Assembly: GCA_000091165.1 (NCBI GenBank)
Contig: FP565575.1
Span: forward strand, 510,001 to 542,000
Length of the DNA stretch: 32,000 nucleotides
DNA from: Candidatus Methylomirabilis oxygeniifera
GTDB taxonomy: Bacteria > Methylomirabilota > Methylomirabilia > Methylomirabilales > Methylomirabilaceae
Direction of reading: 5' to 3'
The translations under genes were made by a program, and so were the position numbers. Shown here in pieces: positions 29,516 to 32,000 of the stretch. Positions within the stretch are counted from its first letter, which is position 1. Every line of letters begins with the position of its first letter. The notes beneath the pieces are model-generated. The model ran no database searches. It was not told the origin of the DNA and saw only the letters and a program-made list of their open reading frames with translations.

Positions 29516-29784
29516 CTACGCCGCGCGAAGGGGCGCAAGATCCCCACGCTTCGCCGGGGACACTCCCAAGCTGCGCAGGATCCGATTCAGGGCTGCAAGC
29601 GTGACCTTAGACGGGGCGGTAATTTCAATCCCAATCGGTTGACCATGCCGATTGAAATCGATCAGGAGGCCGGGCGCGGCCACGGCCGTTCGGCAGCTTT
29701 TTCCCCTGGGCGACGAGGCAGGTAGTAGTAGGCGGCGAGCGCCCGACCATGGCGAAACGTGACTTCCAGAAAGGGCTCCTTCAC
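29516..29784 (-). pseudogene. DUF2283-like small protein (GIEI motif) with an apparent 1-nt deletion
   Basis: GTG at 29784 with AGGAG 7 nt upstream. Frame a reads VKEPFLEVTFRHGRALAAYYYLPRRPGEKAAER…. Frame c continues …AVAAPGLLIDFNRHGQPIGIEITAPSKVTLAALNRILRSLGVSPAKRGDLAPLRAA*. The span is 269 nt (3n+2). The shift falls within about 29680-29705, next to the run GGGGAAAAA. Confidence 0.55.
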
Positions 29785-29818
29785 GTCACGACTCCTCGTG
29801 CGGTTGGCCCGACCGGAA

Positions 29819-30031
29819 TCACGCGAAGATTAGACGCCGTCCTTTTGGAATAGGAATCGGATCGCCAAACTCCTTGGCCGTGTCAAGCCAGAGGCCAATA
29901 GCCTCTTGGATATTGACCAGTGCTGCTTCCTGGGAAGCACCGTGTGCCATGCAGCCAGGAAGCTCAGGGGCCTCAGCCACGAACGCCTGATCCTCATCGC
30001 TCCAATAGATGATAACCTCGTACTTGTTCAT
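29819..30031 (-). CDS. hicB: HicB-family antitoxin
   Basis: 70 aa. YEVIIYWSDEDQAFVAEAPELPGCMAHGASQEAALVNIQEAIGLWLDTAKEFGDPIPIP is a canonical HicB N-domain. It overlaps hicA by 4 nt. Confidence 0.85.
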   Translation of the reverse strand: MNKYEVIIYWSDEDQAFVAEAPELPGCMAHGASQEAALVNIQEAIGLWLDTAKEFGDPIPIPKGRRLIFA

Positions 30032-30282
30032 TCCGCCTCACCTGCAAGTCCGTACGTCAGAATAACGTTTCGGACCTGCTTGACCTGATACGGCTTCGCC
30101 TCGTGACCTTCACGCTGAAGGTTCAGTTTCTCCTCAATTCCTGCGCGGCGGAAAATATGATGACTCCCGCGAACGCGCATCTCGAACCCCAGGCTTGTCA
30201 ACAGGTGGCAAAGGTCGTCGAAATCAAGATTTGCGTCGGACGTGCCGCTGAGGACACGACGAAGAACTTTGCCAGTGCTCAT
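30028..30282 (-). CDS. hicA: HicA-family toxin
   Basis: 84 aa. …[47 protein letters not shown]… is a HicA/YcfA pattern. Confidence 0.85.
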
Positions 30283-30329
30283 GCGACCATTCTACCTTGC
30301 GAAAGAACTTCTGGCTCACTACGATTAGA

Positions 30330-30476
30330 CTGGTCTGTATAGCACCCAGCCCAAGAATTCTTACGATATGCGGGATTGTCCTGCCGCCTCTCAGCCTTGT
30401 CAATGGAATTTCAACGGGGGCTATAGGGACAAAGGCTGCCTTGTGCCTGACTACAAGGGGGAACGAGACGGGTTAC
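30330..30476 (-). repeat. Cassette-punctuating repeat, copy 2
   Basis: Same family as copies 1 and 3. It is the most divergent copy. Its distal hairpin has a different sequence (CCTTGT/ACAAGG, 30439-30458) at the same position. Confidence 0.8.
30375..30403 (-). promoter_or_regulatory. Promoter inside repeat copy 2, facing hicA-hicB
   Basis: Minus strand: TTGACA (30403-30398), 17 nt, then GACAAT (30380-30375). Confidence 0.45.
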
Positions 30477-30587
30477 GCGGGGTCAGCGGCTGCGTGAGAA
30501 GCCCCCGTGATCTTCGTTCGGAGGAAGTGTCGGACACGTTTTCGCATCGCCGGCGTGATGGTAATATTTCGAGGCGGCCTACCGTGA

Positions 30588-30662
30588 AGTTAACCGGCGC
30601 GGGCCACGACAACCAACATTGTGCCGGCGGAACACGGCGTCCGGGCAAACGCCGGGTTAGGC
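30588..30662 (-). other. attC-like imperfect hairpin overlapping the higA stop codon
   Basis: Minus strand: GCCTAAC (a perfect RYYYAAC containing the higA TAA), then CCGGCG…, 49 nt, …CGCCGG, then GTTAACT (near GTTRRRY). TAACC(C)GGCG pairs with CGCCGGTTA, giving 9 bp with one bulged C. Total length 75 nt. Confidence 0.3.
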
Positions 30663-30950
30663 CGCCGTGAGCCGCAGCTTGCCAACTTTGCCGAGCTTGA
30701 GACGCTGTTTCGCTTGCCAGAGATCATGGTCGTTCTGCATAGCAAGCCAGCTCTCAGGAGAACGCCCGAGGGCCTTGGAGAGCCGCAGCGCCATTTCCGG
30801 ACTGATACGGCTGGAGCCCACCAGAATACGATGCAATGTCGAAGGTGCCACACCGAGCTTTGCAGCCAGCTCCCGGCCGCTCAGGTTATTCGGCTCCAGA
30901 TAGACCTGAGTGATGAACTCTCCGGGATGGGGTGGATTGTGCATAGCCAT
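30657..30950 (-). CDS. higA: HigA-family HTH (XRE) antitoxin
   Basis: HPGEFITQVYLEPNNLSGRELAAKLGVAPSTLHRILVGSSRISPEMALRLSKALGRSPESWLAMQNDHDLW is canonical HigA. Start is ATG 30950 (or TTG 30953), overlapping the TGA of the higB remnant. Confidence 0.85.
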   Translation of the reverse strand: MAMHNPPHPGEFITQVYLEPNNLSGRELAAKLGVAPSTLHRILVGSSRISPEMALRLSKALGRSPESWLAMQNDHDLWQAKQRLKLGKVGKLRLTAA

Positions 30951-31042
30951 CAATGATAATCCTCATAATCCAAGACGTAGGCGTGTCCGTCTTTGAATGC
31001 GAAGGTTACGCGCCGGTTCCCGTGCCCTTGTTGGCCCTCTCT
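30950..31042 (-). pseudogene. higB: HigB toxin remnant (last ~30 codons only)
   Basis: REGQQGHGNRRVTFAFKDGHAYVLDYEDYH* matches the HigB C-terminus (…R..F.f.dG.a..vdyeDYH). An in-frame TAG lies at 31045-31043. The upstream space is occupied by the parE 3' end. Confidence 0.5.
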
Positions 31043-31055
31043 CTATTCGCCTGCC

Positions 31056-31353
31056 TCAACGGCGGCCGCGCCAATAGAAAGGGCGCCTCTTCTGGTGCGC
31101 TACCGCCAGTAGTCTGACCTCGTCAGGCCGAACGGAGTAAACCAGAGAGTATGGGAATCTGACGAGGGGTTTCTTCCGCACACGTCCGCGGACGAACTGA
31201 GCCGCTTCCGGGAGACTGAGAGATGCTCTCTGCGCCGCGTTCGACCTCGTCGATGAACACACTGCCGAGCCCCGGGTCTTCGAGGTCGTAGAAGTCGGCT
31301 GTTTCGTTGATCTCGACCTCGGCCGTCTCGTGGATCGAAAATCGTCGGCTCAT
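31056..31353 (-). pseudogene. parE: ParE-family toxin with an apparent 1-nt insertion (frameshift near 31195-31215)
   Basis: The N-terminal frame reads MSRRFSIHETAEVEINETADFYDLEDPGLGSVFIDEVERGAESISQSP…. The C-terminal frame reads …PEAAQFVRGRVRKKPLVRFPYSLVYSVRPDEVRLLAVAHQKRRPFYW. The span is 298 nt (3n+1). The junction is at TCTCCCGGG. Confidence 0.7.
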
Positions 31354-31574
31354 TTTCGGCGAGCCCGCGCCCGGGCAAGCACTTCGTCCGCCGGGTACGC
31401 GCGGGCCGCGCCACTGTCGAGTTCCTCATCGCGCCGAATCGCTTCGTCGATCCATAGCTTTTCAATTTCTGCCTCACTCAGTGCGTCTAAACTGGCGAGC
31501 AGTTCGCGAGCCAGACGCGCACGCGCTGCCGGATTCAGGCGAAGGGCCTCTTCTCTTAGTTCGTCAACGTTCAT
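31350..31574 (-). CDS. Addiction-module antitoxin (Unstab_antitox type)
   Basis: 74 aa. …LSEAEIEKLWIDEAIRRDEELDSGAARAYPADEVL… is the characteristic W..E..RR..E…G motif. It overlaps parE by 4 nt. GGAGG Shine-Dalgarno. Confidence 0.75.
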   Translation of the reverse strand: MNVDELREEALRLNPAARARLARELLASLDALSEAEIEKLWIDEAIRRDEELDSGAARAYPADEVLARARARRK

Positions 31575-31643
31575 CTGCGCACCTCCAATTTCATTTGCGG
31601 TGTTCCTTATCGTCTTCTATTTTCCGGGCCAATTATGATTACG

Positions 31644-31787
31644 CTGGTCCGTACAACACAGCCCCAAAATTGCTCACGATATGCGGGATTTTCCTGCCGT
31701 TTCGCAGACTTGTCAACGGAATTTCAACAGGGCCCATAGGGACAAAGGCCGCCCCGACGGTCGGCATAATCCTGATATGGCCGACCA
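31644..31787 (-). repeat. Cassette-punctuating repeat, copy 3 (ends ~28 nt from the recombinase stop)
   Basis: Closest to copy 1. Includes the distal hairpin GGTCGGC…GCCGACC (31759-31786). Confidence 0.85.
31688..31716 (-). promoter_or_regulatory. Promoter inside repeat copy 3, facing the antitoxin-parE pair
   Basis: Minus strand: TTGACA (31716-31711), 17 nt, then GAAAAT (31693-31688). The -35 overlaps the direct repeat GTTGA-N6-GTTGA. Confidence 0.45.
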
Positions 31788-31815
31788 ATGCTGAGGTCGT
31801 GCGGGTGTGCACGGG

Positions 31816-32000
31816 CTACGGACTGCGAACCCCTCTGCTGCCTCGGTTCAACACATGGGTGTAGATCATCGTCGTACTGACATCCCGATAACCCAGCAAC
31901 TCCTGGACAGTGCGAATGTCATAGCCATCTTCGAGGCGATGTGTAGCAAAGGAATGGTGAACCTTACTGAAAATTGCGGCTGGGGGTGGCGAGGTTAGCG
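31816..32000 (-). CDS. intI: Integron-integrase-like tyrosine recombinase, C-terminal 60 codons (5' part lies beyond the window end)
   Basis: The minus-strand frame reads …[46 protein letters not shown]. The block [21 protein letters not shown]…G-GV-SP, containing the catalytic Tyr, is the pattern I associate with IntI proteins. The IntI-specific insertion cannot be assessed from this fragment. Confidence 0.65.
   Translation of the reverse strand, partial: LTSPPPAAIFSKVHHSFATHRLEDGYDIRTVQELLGYRDVSTTMIYTHVLNRGSRGVRSP

Noticed and set aside
30476-30587. Short frame reading …NITITPAMRKRVRHFLRTKITGASHAAADPA*, considered as a ribbon-helix-helix antitoxin remnant
   Set aside because: The only possible start would give 24 codons, and the similarity rests on an ITIT motif alone. 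It is mentioned only as possible debris.
29172-31787. CRISPR array as an explanation for the three repeats
   Set aside because: The repeats are ~145 nt long and are imperfect. They are separated by 1.1-1.3 kb that contains protein-coding genes. No cas genes are present.

Overview
High-GC (about 60% by eye) bacterial chromosomal segment. The left third is housekeeping: purL (3' part), hom, thrC, tRNA-Gly(GCC), tRNA-Cys(GCA), a CxxCH haem-binding-domain protein, an acyl-CoA dehydrogenase, a MeaB-type GTPase and a two-subunit CoA-transferase. Small accessory islets interrupt it: a NucS-like nuclease with HicAB, a DUF2971 gene with an unknown neighbour, and RelE-type and VapBC modules. The middle holds msrQP, a NUDIX hydrolase and a tightly packed minus-strand operon (SAM-methyltransferase, GT2, two radical-SAM/SPASM enzymes, GT-C membrane glycosyltransferase). 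It also holds an RHH-ParE module, REP/MITE debris with a DUF4143 ATPase remnant, DoxX, a GH63-like glucosidase and msrB. The right end (about 28.0-32.0 kb) is the most unusual part. The 3' end of an integron-type tyrosine recombinase (…[34 protein letters not shown]) is co-oriented with a string of toxin-antitoxin cassettes, several of them decayed. These cassettes are punctuated by three copies of a ~145-nt repeat. Each copy carries a conserved TTGACA-N17-GAMAAT promoter facing the downstream cassette, plus hairpins conserved in position but not in sequence. Five genes in the window carry frameshifts or an in-frame stop. Three of the indels sit at homopolymer runs, so assembly error must be excluded before calling them pseudogenes. 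No rRNA gene, CRISPR array or transposase was seen.
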